From Antedon mediterranea (taxonomy: Eukaryota > Animalia > Echinodermata): DNA of 64,000 nucleotides. A program made the position numbers and the translations under genes. The notes below the pieces were generated by a model that had not been told where the DNA came from, ran no database searches, and saw only the letters and a list, made by a program, of their open reading frames with translations. How positions within the stretch are numbered: position 1 is the stretch's first letter; the number at the start of each line of letters is the position of its first letter. The stretch is taken from the NCBI RefSeq assembly GCF_964355755.1, contig NC_092670.1, positions 34,956,388 through 35,020,387 of the forward strand, given 5' to 3'. Of the stretch, positions 37,455-52,352 are shown piece after piece.

Positions 37455-40400
37455 CTAGGCCTTATTTTCATTCCTTATGGTCATTTCTGCCGTCTGTGAT
37501 GTACCGGTAGTGACCTGGTTATTCAGGAAACGTTTCTGAAAACACTCCTTTACCTAAAGAAATGCAAAAATAAATCATCAGAGTGATGGTGCACAGTAAA
37601 GTCAACAGCAAGAAATTCAAACACGTAGGCGTACACTACATACAGTAAAACATTCTCAATAAAGTATGCTAAGTGCTATGTTCCACGTAAGAGTGGTGAG
37701 TTAGGAGAGTTAGCAAATTAAGTAGAAGCAAGTCTACACGGTAAATTTTACTGAACTTAACTCTGAGTTTGCCGGTGTTTGGAGATGGAGTCAGTTTGTC
37801 CATCTAAGAGGAGGATCGCATGAGCGCAAGGACTGTTATTTAATTCGCTGAGTTCATAAAACTCAAATTTTTTGAGAAGGTGCAATTCATTTTCTGTGGT
37901 TTGGTCTGTTGGAAAACTTTCGTTCCAATTTTGCAAACTAAAGTTTGATAGTGTTAGAAAGTAAGACAATTTTAAAATATAAAAGTAAATTAGGATTATG
38001 TAAAATATAAGCAATAAAGTATGAATAGTTAATCGAAGTATCGAAGAAAAACATGCGAACATAAATAAGCACCATGGTATATATTAGTAAAAACTAAGCA
38101 AGAGAGTGGTAACTATATGCCAGTCCGGAAACATGTAAAATTCCGCTAAACATAAGCGTTCTCCCAAAAATATATCTTTTTTTGGTGTAAACAAGTTGTC
38201 CAGAACTTGGATCCTGGTACGGATTTCCCAAATATTTAATAGAGTGGTCATTGACCACATACTTTTTGAGTAATCTTGTTAACAAACAGACCAAAAAACA
38301 CACCCCATCGACTACATAAAGGAATTAAGTAAGCAAGACTCATGCAACACAGCAAAGTAACATCACCGGTAATATAAATAAAGTAAATGAATTAGTCAAC
38401 AATATGAGTATGTAAGAAATAAGACCCAAACAAATTGAAGCGACGAAAGAAAAGTTCCTAGAAGAAATCATACCTCATTATCAAAAACGCAATACATCAA
38501 AAATATGAATATTCCTTGGCAGCCGTTTAACATGTTGAATACATATTCAATAAATGCTGCATCAGAACCAACAGCGAATGGTCCAATAAGCCATGCTGTG
38601 CCCATCAGAGGCAGCAGCATAAAGGTACCACGGGTAGCTTTCCTATGATAAACACAAATATTATAAAATGCATAAGTTTTAAAATAAATTCCATTACAAA
38701 ACCATTACTAACTGATAAAAATCGCACTAGAAATATCGAGAGCCAGACTGGTCCGCCTTTGACGAACATATACTTCCTTATTTTTTACATGAATATATGC
38801 TTTATTTTAAAAACCATTAGGCCTACCGACCGCAAAACAAATTTGTCAATAAAAGAAGGGTTGACAAAAGAAAACCAAAAAGATTAGGCTAAAGATATTT
38901 GTGCCTGACTAATGAAGTTTAACAAAATATTATATTTAGCTAAAAATGAACAACTACTTCTGATACAATCTACAAAAAGGGACATTGAAAAAAAGACATT
39001 TAACACAAACACAGTTAAATCAACAATACAATGAATTAATTCTGTAATTATTCATAGTGAATATAATATACCGTAATATATATAATGGTTACGTATGTAT
39101 AGCTGTTGTACGTATGTATAGCTGTTGTACGTATGTATAGCTGTTGTACGTATGTATAGCTGTTGTACGTATGTATAGCTGTCGTCTTTAGCATTGAACG
39201 CTGAATTATAATAAAAATCAAGAAAATTCTACTTACTTTAGGCGACATTTGGAAAAAGTTTTAAAAAAACCTACCTTAGCTGAGTCAATTTTTTCTTTTC
39301 ACCTGTTCCCTTTCCCACCATATTTCCGGATCGATCGTATATTGTTTTCAAAACAATGCACATAATACCAGTGTTGATCTGAGGGGTATTTATTGAATAA
39401 AAAAGAGAAATAGTTTGGGAGATATACTATAAATTGTTTGAAATATCTACATTTGTAGTATTCTTGCTTTGCTTTGAAACCGAAACTGCTGCTTAATTGA
39501 TCATGCACAGCATCGCCTTATTTTGGTGTGACGTTTAGGCCTACAGTTTTGTACTCACAATACGTTCATGTGCAATAAAACAAGACAAGGTTGAATAAAC
39601 ACCCACTTTAGTAATCTACTAATGGTTTCTATGTTAACAAATTGGAATATTTATTAAGCTCTGTAAGTTACTGATCTCTCGCAACTCTAATAAAAGACCA
39701 ACAAAAGTTATTGAAACAGCTAAGATACGGTGTTTTAGTGGTGGGGTGTGGAGGGGGGGGGGGGAACCCATGGGGTTGTACGATTTAAGGTGTGTGTTTT
39801 GGAAACTATTATATTACATGTGCTGGCATCCGTTTAGAAGAGCGAAGACCGTCTCGTATTTGGAAAATTACAAACATGCGCATTATTACTCTGTCTTTTG
39901 GGATTTAAAAACAAAAATTCGTTGGCGGTATTTCGTACAAGAACTACTTTTTACCGTAACTATACAGATTGCAGGTGCAACAAATGTCCATATCATCCCA
40001 GTCTCTTGACTAAGCCAGCAACTGAAGTAACAAGATAGATACTAATGTTATTATTTAAATAGGTCTACTAGTACAGTAGTACGGTATACAAAATAATCAA
40101 TGCTTATAAGTGCAATGGTACAAATAATTTCATGAAGTTTAAATAGAACATTTCATCTTTCTCCGAATGAAATTACTTAATATGTGTGGTTCACAATCAT
40201 TCAATTAAATGAAAACAATCTTAGGCGTGTAACCATTATTTATAATGGTTTAAAAGATTTTAAATGCTAAATCATATTACATATATTTATAATAAGAATC
40301 TATTTACAATAGAAACACATGTAATAAATGAGATAGACTAAGTCTGGACAATTCAATAATAACGGAATTATATTAAAATATACATTTTAACTTACATGTG

Positions 40401-43400
40401 CTGGACATCGTAAACAGATGCAAATCCGGCAGAGGACACGGCAACAACAGTGATCGGCACACCATAGCAAAAAAATAGATAGTACCTAAGCCTGTTGTAT
40501 TTAGTGTAAGACGACGTAGACACCATAAAGAAGAGGTATACGGCCTCGCCACACATCCAAGCGATTGTATTCAGAGAGGTTAAATGAAGAACAATGCTTA
40601 TAAAACGACAGAACATCTGCAAAATAACCACAGCAGTTTAGGCTACAATCAAACCATTTATAATCTCATTCTTTCCTAATATCAAAATTGCATTATGGGA
40701 TCTTGATGAAAATTAAAATTTACACGTACGATTTCAACTTTATCTGACATTTTCTGCTAGGAATCTGCTAAGGTAAGATAGGTATTGCTGAATGATGGCA
40801 GACATACAACAAAGAAGCTAGTTATGTCATTTTAATTCATGCGTATTTTCATAATGCGTTTCGGCTCGCGAAACGATGTTTAGTCGGTCGAAAGCACATA
40901 CCTGGTTTTCTGTCTTGTTTATCCCAAAGATAAACAGAGTCTGCATCAGGATCATGTTCAGTACTAAGTTCTTATGAATTGAGTTGCGCAGTAACTTCCA
41001 GAGTTTGCTAAATGAGTAAATACATGTTTAAATTAGAATATTGTGGTAGTATCACCTAACATTAAATAACTATGTTCCCATTTTATTACTAGCATTAAAA
41101 CTTACCGTAACTTATATACAAGGAGAACTTTGAATAAAAATCAAAATTCGTAAAAAGAATTTACAATGTTTTGTGATATTTCCATTTTTTTTTAATACAT
41201 TCTTTTAAAAAATATATTTTTCATGGAATTTACTTCCTGTTGGTTCAATTAATAAATAATTTATTTCCAGTACTTACCGTTATGTTACTACTACGGAAGT
41301 TGTAAAAAACTGATTTACGTTCATTAAAAGCGGAATTAGACTTTCATTTTCTACATAATTACAAGGCATTAGGTGGTTTTCCTAAGTTATCTCAATGAAT
41401 TACAGAGCAAAACTTACTCAAAAAAAATCGGTATAATTGCACAGTTTATAATAATGACACACGAGGCATATTTCATCTAGAGAGGTAGCAATGTTTATCT
41501 GTGGAATCAAACGAGCAGGAAGCCTACTCCACGATTTTTACCTGAATGGTTTCTGGTAAACTCCTAGTCTAGTAACCTATAAGTGGCATCCATATTTGAA
41601 GTGTATTTATGTAATGACATGACATACGTCGTTTCCAAAATATACTGTATTTTAAAAATGTATTATATCATGTACAAAATGAAGTGTGGATAAGTTGTTA
41701 TGGTTATTTGTATGCATAATTAAAGCACTATGTAAGGTAAAGGTGAGTCCCGTGTTCTCTGAACGTACGGGAATGAGCTGTTAGGAGCTCATTGTACTAA
41801 GCCTCGGCATTATGTGGTAGGGTGGCCAGTTCCTTTCCACGTCGCCTTTTTCTCCCTAGTATTTTCAACCAGGTACTCATTTACAGCTGAGTGAACTGGG
41901 AGTTGTCGGGAATTGAACCCGGGTCTATCTGTATGACAGTCAAGTGTCCTAACCACTCGGCTATCCAACTCCTTGCACTATGTATAAAGGTTAAAAGTGT
42001 AAAAATCAGGAAATAACGAAAAAAGTAGAAAACGGAAATTTAACGTACGAAAACGAATGTGAATATAACACGTTTATGAAAGATTGAATGAATAAAGGTG
42101 GTGGTTAACCACAAAAGAGAAAAAAAAACTCCTAGTCTAATAAAATATTCACAACTTACGAGAATGAACAGTAAACGACTAGAGAAACTATCAATCCGAC
42201 AAGCGATACAGAAACACATACTGTTGACATGACGCTCAATGTTTTGTTGTCGTCAACAACAGCATCTTCTTGAACCTAAAGAAAAGTATAAATTCTGATT
42301 TCCTCATTTATTTGAACATTTCAACAAACTTTCATATAATGTGTGTGTTTAGAAAGATATTCTATTTCAATTGGCGTATAAAAGTATCCCGAAAGTAAGA
42401 ATTGTGACGTATGGGTGTATTGAATACTTATACGGGTTTTCGTCTTCTAATTATAGACTCGCACTGTATACAATGTAGTGAATTAACTCTGACCAAGTGA
42501 CCAGGAGGAACTGGTTCGGCTCGTACGACGAGCGTGGGATATTGAGATGATAATTATTCCATGAAGCAGTGTATCGAATCGAACATGTATCAGGAAAATT
42601 TTATGAGATAATTTTATTAGCGTTGATAGTCTGACACGCATACAATTATGGCTAGGGTAGCTATTTTCACTTATTTTACCATCATGATAAAAAAATAACA
42701 AGGTTTTTAACTAGAGGGCCTATCTTTATAAGAAAAAGAAGTTTAATTGTACCCTTGGAAGTAATACCTTTATAAGGAAAGTAAATTCCTTTTGGCATAT
42801 TAAAAAACCGTTACCAGTGGCGTAACGGCTATCAACGCTCACTGGCTAAACACAGGGGCCCTGGAGTTTATGGGGGCTTATACGCAGAGGAGAAAATAGG
42901 CATTAAAATATGTCGTCCTAAACCAGGGTCCTCAGGCCTCAGCGTTTACGACAGTGACCATAACAGTCACTTTTGTACACTCATTCGATAATGGAATATG
43001 ATGACATACCTCATCTGTAGTAACCTTCATTAATACACAGAAACTTGTCAAGTGTTCTGAGTAGCAGGATATTTCATTTTTCGAGTGATGTCCCGTACCA
43101 ACACCTTCGTCGCTCCAAGCCCTTTCATATAATATAATTAGTTAAAAGACAAGTGAAAACAAAAGAACACGCCATAGTTTAACTTCAAACAACACAAAAT
43201 GCTTTGTTGAAACAAATGACAGTCCTGTGTTTGTATATATCCTCTGTAACATGGAATGTATATATACATTATATGTTAACTTAATATGCTATAGAAAAGC
43301 TAATTCGCATAAAACAAATTATATTCTGTATGAAGTATAGAGAAAATGTGTATGCAAATACAGTTTAAAAAAACGATGGACACTGTAGAAAAGAAATGAA

Positions 43401-46400
43401 AATATCTTTTATGAATGATTGCAAGAATTCAAAATTATAAGAGAAAATGAATATAATGGAAGATAACAAGAGAAATTAGTTAGACACCGACAGTGTACTA
43501 ACCCTATTTTATTTACCTCCGCCAAGGAGGTATATGTAATCGATCAAATATATATATATATTATGAAATATTACGTAGGAGAATTTTACAGTAGTCCTTA
43601 TTGCCCTAAAAATGATGAATGGAGATAGAAAACAGCGCAAGGAAATAAATAAATTTAGCCCTTACATTGTCTATCAAGTAGGCCTAGCACATGTTAGATT
43701 AGAAGAAAAAATACTAAATACTAAAATATTGTAAATTCACTTACATTTTCATTTCATCAAAGAACAAACACACGGGAACCTTTTTCTGAATCTTAGTTTC
43801 ATTGTGTTCAACCTAACAAAATAATTTAGTTTAGTTTGGATAAAAATTTCGAGTTTATACAGTAGTAATAGGTGTGTCAGAGGTTAGGACTTTGGATACA
43901 CATGCCACTAAAAGCCTCCGAGAACTAAAAAAGTAACTGCCAACCGGCTTTAAGCCTCCCAGTAGACGCATACTAGGACGCACGCACAAGTTAAGTCCTC
44001 GTTGGAACCAAGGCAATCTAAAAACAGGACACTGCGCTGGCTGCCAAGATGTGAACTTGTAACAGTCCTTTGATCTTATGTCTGGCTGCTACAAATACCA
44101 ACAGTTACTGTACTATGAACCCTTTGATCTCCGTAGCTCAGCATTCCATTGTTAGATGTCCCTGTTGGGACTAAGCTTTAATAACTTACAAGATTCTCAA
44201 AAAAGCTGTAACGTAATGTTGCGTTCAGGTATTTCAAAGTTGCCATATCGTAAATACTGCATGAGAATATATTTTTAGTCAGGTACCGAAATTCGACGTT
44301 CTTGTCACTGCCAAACGAATACAAACAAAGTAACGTCAAATCACAAAGCGTTGCACCAAATAATATGAGAAGGTCTACCATAATACAAGGCTATCTAAAA
44401 GCTCAGTATTTTAAACAAATAATGATTATACTAAATACTGTACTATACAAATTATTTATTTATGTATCTTTTGCACGACTGCGGCGATGGCAATATGGTA
44501 ACTAATATTAACCTGTCATACGAGTATTTTTGTAGGTATATCAATTCACAAGAATAATGTCTAAATGTAGTACATAATTGGATAGCAAAAATGGTACATA
44601 CGTTTTTGTTTGTTCAACTCTTTCGCTCACAACATCGCTAATTCTGTTTGAGTAAGCAGTGTAGGATGCAATAACTAAAACGTCACCTAAAATAAAAAAC
44701 ATGGGTTTTCAATAACTAATACTAGTACTCTATAGTAAATACTTTGATACTTAAAATTAACAACTTGCAATCCTTCATCCAAACCCTACCCTACCCTACC
44801 CTCCCCACCCATACACAAACTAAAAAACGTTATCAGTAGTACACTTGAACCTACTGTCAGTAGTCAAAGGAACACGTTACAGTTTACCAAATTATCTTTA
44901 TAAGATGGTCATTTTTTTTCTATACATATTTTAATTATCTACACCAAAAGCGAGTCATTACAACTTACAGAAAGAAACTTAGCTACAAGAACAAAATATT
45001 AAATGTCTTTATAGTTAGGGTGATTTAAATTATAGAAAAGTAATACTATTATAGAAAATATGAAAAAAATAACGAATTTTTACATGATTTCAACCGAGTT
45101 GCAAAACTTTCTTATTTTAAATATCGTTTGTGTGATGGTAAAAACCTACCTGTGAATGTACTTGCTTGGTTTGGTTGTAGTTGGAGTCCAAATTCCACCC
45201 TGCTATCACCTAACTCTACGCTAGTATTAACCGTGTCACTCTCATTTATACTTTGTACTTTTGCCAAACCAACTAAAGTTAAAAGAGAGGAGAGAGGGGG
45301 AGAGGGAGAGATACAGATTTTGGAGAGTTTAATTAGAACAAGTTTATTGAATACAATTAGGCCTACAGGTATGTTATTGACTTTGATATTACAGCTACAG
45401 ATGCATGAACTCAATGTGGACATACTAACCGAAATTACTTTCATAGTATACTTCTTCATTAGATTCCATTTCATATATCTGTGCCAGAATATCATCTTCG
45501 AATTCTTTTATTTTATCAACAACTTGAAATATTCCCTGTAAGATAAAAGTGTTGCTTATTAATTAATATTAACATAAATAAAAATATTAGAGTCTTTAGT
45601 GAAGTAATAGTGGAGTGGAGTTGTGGCTTGGTTACTAATCTAAGGGTCCTGGGTTCAAGTCCTGTCATATGTCAGGATTTTTTCTCATGACAATTTGCAA
45701 CCCCACTCTCAAATACTTGTAATAAGTCTTTGTTTAGGTAGAGCATCTTGTATTATGTTTGTCGTGTGAACAGGAGAGCCACCTTTGAGAGAAGGACAGT
45801 GATTTAGTTAAATTGTGGTTATCCTTGGCAATTTGCCTAAAATTGAATAATAAAAAAAATAATCATATTTGAAGTATAGTATACTAATGTATTTATTTTA
45901 CACACATACATTGCAAACAAATACAAATATGCCTACTATTATTCAAAGACCCTGAGCATTTACTGTTAAAACAAAGTTCCTACTACCACAAACAAAATTC
46001 GTTCGACCCAGTTGAGCAGCCAGGCGTACTGTAAATACCAACCTCATTAGACACAGTCGTCGCCATACTGTAAAGATCAACCTCAGTATCGTCTGTGTTT
46101 CCTTAAAAAAAAACGTTGGTTACGAATGAAGTTAATTAATATATATCACGATTATCTTAAGTGGTTTCTTAGTCCTGATGAAAAAAGATTATTATAGTTA
46201 ATGGCAGGTACCGTTTAGACGAAAATACATTTCTAATGATGACTTATTAGGCGTTCAATCTTAGAGAAATAATCTTCATTATTATATATCAAGACTCGTT
46301 TACTTTTCAGGCCTAACATTTGTATTTTATTCATTCATGTCAAGTACACTTGTAACTTTATAGCGCAATCAATAATTCATTTACTGATTATGCTATACAG

Positions 46401-48037
46401 TCACAACTTTAATAGTTGACAGAAATGTTATGTTACTTTATACTGTATAGTTGTAATCAAATAATAAACAATGCTTACAACAACCACTGTGATTGTAAAT
46501 TGTTCAATAATAATAATATGAAAAAGAATTAAGAAGGAACGCATTATTAGTATGCTACAATAATAAAGGATGGAAATAGTTTTCGTTGGTAGAGCAAAAT
46601 AAAATATACATAAAATATGTAAACAAATTTAAGATTCAACAACTGTACATGCATCAACATACTTATACCGATATATACATACACATTTAAAAAAGGATAA
46701 CAACAGAACAGAACAAACTATTTCTGGCAAAAAACGGAATGCATTGGTCTAAATAAGCAGGCGGTTAGCTGATCCGAAATGGAAAAACTTGCTTCGATGC
46801 AGTCTGGAGAAGACACGCGCTAAGAAATACGAGTTTGCTTCCGAGTTCTCCGAGTTTTTTAAATGTTTATTAACTAACATGGAATTAAGACAACTTAAAT
46901 ACATTTCGACTTACAAATTACACAGTAATGTATATGGAAGAATTTAATTTAACCTTCGTGATTATTCGACTGTATTGAATTTTATCCATATCTTGACTTA
47001 TATACTCTTACATTACTAAAATAATGTTTCATGGTTTGATATAAACTGACGTAGGCCTAAAACTAAAGTTATATCTATCTGTTAATCTTAGGTTACTTTT
47101 TGAGTGCAATGTTTTGTATTTTTTGTTCAACTTCAATTTATTTATATAATGAATTGCGATAATAAAGTCGAAGACAAAATGACGTAAAACGTGTTCAGAA
47201 TTTGTACATATAAAAAATATCAATATCACCAGGGAAGAGTGTAATTTCTCTCTTTCCTGATATCACTCTCACCATTCAACAATGTTTTTTCTCTATGAAT
47301 TGCACAAAAGGTAAAACCTCATTCATACGACCAAAAAGTGCACTAAAAAGCTATCGATTTCCGGTACGCCAGGGTGTAGATTTGTCTAGCCTAGTAGTGT
47401 ATTTTATCTTGTAAATAACGCCACACAATGGCATGGTAATTACCAATTTCATAGACCCAACCTGAAGCAAATTCACCACCACCACCACCACCACCACCAA
47501 GTAGAATGTCTTCAGTAAGTTCACATATATATCCACTAACAAACATGATTGTACATACAATATAAGACTCCGCATCGTTTGGTACCGGTAATCCAGAAAA
47601 CGTCAAGGGTGTTTCTCCCGTGTTTCCCCATGACCAGTTGTTGAGGTCACTCAGATTCAAGTCATCTTCTCGTAACAATCCGATGAGGTAAAGACCGGGT
47701 TGACAGTTTGATTGGAGATGAGAAAGTATGAATTTGAATGTTTCCACCGTTGTAATACTTGCCAGACGAAGTGATTCGGTTCGATCGTTTTGCAATGAAA
47801 TCGATGGTGAAATACCAGTAACATAATATGATAACTCCACATTTGTTAACAGAACATTACAATCTAGAAAAAATATTCAGACATTTATTATCCATATTCC
47901 TGGATTGCTAATATACTTTTCTGTTTACCAGTTTATATTAATTGTTAGAAAACAGAAAAGAGTAACTTACTGGATTCAGCTTTTACTATTGCCAAAAGCA
48001 ACAAGAAATGCCACAAAATGACCTGTTGCTTATGCAT
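37455..48037 (-). CDS. Adhesion GPCR gene B, shortest form: SP-degenerate CTL-Gly8-GAIN/GPS-7TM (~673 aa, 16 exons)
   Basis: Exons (frame continuous, 2022 nt): 48037-47971, 47863-47462, 46101-46043, 45535-45430, 45272-45150, 44686-44602, 44307-44190, 43812-43745, 43121-43010 (GPS, SEHL|TSFCVLM), 42275-42160, 41007-40902, 40616-40396, 40021-39955, 39378-39275, 38642-38474, 37553-37455 (stop). Intron phases are identical to gene A. Confidence 0.87.
39091..39183. repeat. 19-bp minisatellite, ~5 copies
   Basis: (acgtatgtatagctgttgt)n. Confidence 0.9.
41735..41974 (-). mobile_element. Full-length tRNA-derived SINE
   Basis: Minus strand has A box TAGCCGAGTGG, B box GGTTCAATTCC, core cagctgtaaatgagtacctgg and a ccttta tail. 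10-bp TSD GCACTATGTA at 41725-41734 and 41975-41984. Confidence 0.85.
45612..45860 (+). mobile_element. Degraded tRNA-derived SINE
   Basis: B-box-like GGTTCAAGTCC at ~45652 and an A-rich tail. Confidence 0.4.
47971..48037 (-). CDS. Signal-peptide first exon, gene B proximal cassette (MHKQQVILWHFLLLLAIVKAES)
   Basis: ATG, hydrophobic core and phase-1 donor A|gtaag. Paralogous to 52352-52286. Confidence 0.8.
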
Positions 48038-48099
48038 GTGGACATCAACTGACTTTGGCTGGTAGTAACTTCCCACAGTTCCCACAAACATTGTGCTGG

Positions 48100-48190
48100 C
48101 GAAACTAATTCAACCAATCACAAGCGAAAACTCTTTCACTGCCTGAGAGCAATGGCCAGTGATTGGTGTTTTACACACACAATGTATACA
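48100..48190 (-). promoter_or_regulatory. Putative promoter with paired opposite CCAAT boxes (paralog at 52405-52510)
   Basis: aactaattcaaCCAAT.acaagcga...gATTGGtg is conserved ~65-130 bp upstream of both signal-peptide ATGs. Confidence 0.5.
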
Positions 48191-49158
48191 GAAAATGAAA
48201 TATTATTCGTTTTTTTTCTTCTTCAGTTATTCAAACAAATTATACCACTGCGGTAAAAATAACAGTCACTCTAAATTGTAATATTATACAATACGATATC
48301 ATTAAAAAAAACTTTATTTGATTAATTAACCAATTATTGTTATTAAATAAGTACTGTTATTAAATAAGCACCACTATCTGGGGACAGTTAGGTGTACAAG
48401 AGTGTACAATTTCAATATTCGGGAACATTGTTATTCTACTATATGTACAAAATGTGTAAACATGTAATTAACAAACAACTTTCATCATCATCATCATCAT
48501 CTAAAAATACACCGCCATCTTAGATGACATGTTATACTCAATTGATTAATACTGTGAAATTTGGTGCGGCGACAATTTACGGTTAACCTAGGTAGGTAGG
48601 CCTACCGTATAAAATGGATATGGATGAAGTAGAAGAAGAATCTATTGTACTGAATTGTTTAGTAAAAGATACAATATAATAAAAAATAAATACAACAATA
48701 AACGCTAAACCGAAACGGTTTCTACTTTTCCTAAAACGCATGTAGTATTACCAGAAAATGTGATCTCTGTGGTGATTTCAGTATTAGCAGATGGGCAGTG
48801 GGTAGACTGATTGTAATCTATTATAAGAAAAAATATAGATAACTTCATTCTTATTTTCTGGTGATAAAAAGAGAGATCAATGCAGAACAGAAATAGTGGT
48901 CACGTGTCAAGAGTCAAGAAACTGACCTGATGTAATCTTTTCTCTTTAGTGTTTTTATTTTTCAATTTAAATAAATCGTCTAAATCAACAATCTACAATT
49001 TAATAATAATTTTTTTTTTTCAGGCAATACAAAACAGTCACATGGCGTAAATGTGACCAATCACAACTGGTTTCTAGAGTCGTTGAACCGATTCTGAAGT
49101 TTCAGAATAATTACTAATGAATGTAGAGTTTTTATAGTAAATAAAAAAAACTTCTTAC

Positions 49159-52100
49159 GTTTTTCACAAACAGCTATCGCTTCATATTCACAATTTATTT
49201 TATTCCATTTTCCAGATGACGTTATTGCAATGCAGTGTGTTTCTTCAACGTCTGGTTCTTCAGTATTCGGGTCTATTTTTAACCATGATATAATAATTAC
49301 ATTACTTTAAAAAAAATACAAACCGCGCTTTCTTTTCATTTTAGTTTCTTTTATTAGCATATTCAATAAGGCAAGATGGAAATACTACATCGGTTTATAT
49401 TACCCATTTTCTTTTCTTAAAAGAGGAAATGCGATGTACAGTATATCAACGATAATATAAGTTGACGATTCGGACAAAAAGAATGACGTACTATTGTATC
49501 TTAATTAAACAGAACAGTAATATTTCTTGAAAATCGATAAATCAAGTACAAAACCTAATTACTAACATTTAAAAATTTGACAGGTGTCCAATTTCATATA
49601 TAATATTGTAAAGACATACTCACGTAATTACAGTAACTCACTTTCATAATTATGTTAATAAACTTCATTGAAATCAATCACTGATACTCATATTTCAACG
49701 ATGATGTAAATTAAGTAACTTACATTGATAAGTTGTTTCTTCATTCGTAATGAACTTTGTAGACCAAACAAATGCTCCTTCAATATCTTCATAACCAATC
49801 CAAGCATTTTCCAGTGGAAAATCAAATATATTGTTTAAGATCCAGTCATTTTCTTCTTGACACGAAATAATCGCAAGATATCCTCCATACACAGCTTGAC
49901 AAACCGTGCCACCTTCTTGATACGTCACCGATGACGTTGACTTCCCATAACAACTTGAAAACCTGATATTATAAATCATACCTTCAGGACAGTCTGTGGA
50001 ATAAACATCGCTTTATATTTTATAGAAGAAACGTTAGAAATATATTCCAGTTCGTAACATTGTAAAACATAAATATAATATATATATTGCATTTATCAAA
50101 ATTGTTTCAGCCTGTTTCAACATTTCTGTTACATATTATAACATTTTGTCAAGTTTATTTTTTTTAATCTTATTGTCGTAGCGGCGAAGTACATATGCCT
50201 ATTTTGGTACTAATGCTACAAACTACAGCCAATTTACTGATTTTATTACAAGACAAACTTAGACCGTCCATGTTATACTGTAAAGTTTTTAAAAATGAAA
50301 AATGATCAATGAAAATCAATTGCTTTTTGTAATTGCCTAATATAAAACACACACTAAATTCACAGAATATCATATCATAGCTTCCAGGTGGAATGCCATC
50401 CTGTGACGAGTAATAGTAGTTAGTACAGTTTTAATTGTTATATTTTTTATTAATTTATATGTAATTTGATTTTCTATGGACCAGAGATTCCGAACTAAAA
50501 AATTGAATGAATGAATAAATAAATAAATGAAAAAATTTTCTCTCTACTAAATGATAGATGTGGTTAGGTAAGTATGTTAGTACCAAACGAGAACAGAACT
50601 ATTTGGAACTTTTAATTCGTGCAGTTTTTGAAGCTTTAGGCCTACTTACACGACACATTCGCTGTGAATGAACACACAGCCGGATTCCCCGCTCTGTCAT
50701 GCGCAGTATACGTAATGTTAACAGACGCCCTTGTTTCATTCTCAGGTATATTTATGACGTAGCCAGGCGAATGGGATTCATTGACAGACACTACGCATTC
50801 ATTGTCGTCCCATGTAGGTGGTGTCCACGTCACTTCCGCTGACGTTTCATTCAAGGGTATAATTACGTATAAATCTTCTGAACAAGTTGACCCGTATGTT
50901 GGTTTAATCGTATCTTGAACTGAATTAATTAAATACATATTTCATACATAGTAAAAACACAATTACAAATAATTCAAATGTCGTCTGCTTCTCGACTATA
51001 CTGTTCTTATCATTAGTTAGTTGGCCTTTGGTTGCCAGACGTCTAAACTAGACTAAAACTAAAACTGCAAACTTCGATTCATTCATTATCAATAGGCTAT
51101 ATGTCTTAGGTTTAACACCTTTTAAAACATCATAGTTGGACTTTCGTATAATGGTTTTTAAATACATGTGCAAGAACGCAGGTGTAAATCTACTTACATT
51201 TTTCACAAATATAACACATCAATCTACTACATGGTAAATCGTTCCAATCACCGATTTCATAACGAATATGAACACAATTCTCATTTTCATTTTCACTAGG
51301 TTCTCCGGGATTATAATCTATTTCGATACATAAAATATTACTAAATAATAAAAGAGTATATACTCTATGGCTCAAGATTTCATTTATGGGTGGATACGGC
51401 TTTTGATTCCATATTTTATTATTTCTCTCAATATTGCCTAATATTGCAGAATAATTTTTGAAAGCAAGCTGAACGCCCATTTATTAAGAAAAATAATTTA
51501 AATTTAGGGCAAGTCTACAAAGGTTCATCATGCGCATGGAGCTCCACCAGTATAATGATAAATATAATTCTCTATAATAACATCGAACAAAATGACTATT
51601 CAGTATAAACAAAATGTATACAATACGTGGTTTGAGATACAAGTGCTTACTTGTATAGTTTGAACATTCACCGCCAGATTGAACCCACACCATGTCACCT
51701 TCTTCCTCGATATCATTTAAACCTATCCAAAAATCATAGTTTGAATTTTCATTATGAAGAAATGTGTTTTCCAAATGGTTCTTTACCACAACCAGATCGG
51801 CTCCAAGACTGATACAATTTTCTCGGGCATCAGTCCATGTTTTTTTCGACAGCATGTATTTATAACAACTATTGACGTACGGAGTCCAGTTGTCATCACA
51901 ATGTGCAATTCCATTTACTGGAATACAAATATTTATTTCTTTAATTTAACTTTTAAAAAAATACACAACACTAAACTGCAAGCCTTATAAAACTAGTTTT
52001 TCTTTGTATGGGTTACATAACCGCAATAAGTGTCCTTGGGATTACTTTATAATGTGAAATAATATAAAACTATTAAAATATGTTTTATTTTAAAATTGAA

Positions 52101-52352
52101 GTATTTATATGTCTTTTTTTAAACAAATGTTTGTGAAATTACTAGCTGTTATGGCGATTTGACCAATTAACTAATAACTCAATTTTACAATAGAAAGAGA
52201 TATTTATAAAGAGACATTTTCCATTAGAAGAATGTTGATATGCAGAAATTTACTTTACATAATTACAATAAAGGAAATTACTTACCAGCTTTTAATATTG
52301 GCAAAATTAATAAGAATTGCCACAAAAGTGTCTGCTGCATGCGTGGCTGCAT
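49159..52352 (-). CDS. Gene B middle cassette: SP-CTL-HYR-CTL ending on an open donor
   Basis: Exons 52352-52286 (MQPRMQQTLLWQFLLILPILKA), 51917-51651 and 51317-51198 (CTL, WIGLND, EPS, WND), 50919-50650 (HYR), 49993-49724 and 49272-49159 (CTL). All junctions are phase 1, with no stop. Confidence 0.85.

Noticed and set aside
37757-38303. ORFs considered as the gene B C-terminal exon
   Set aside because: Exon 37553-37455 matches gene A's tail and has a good acceptor. These ORFs do not.
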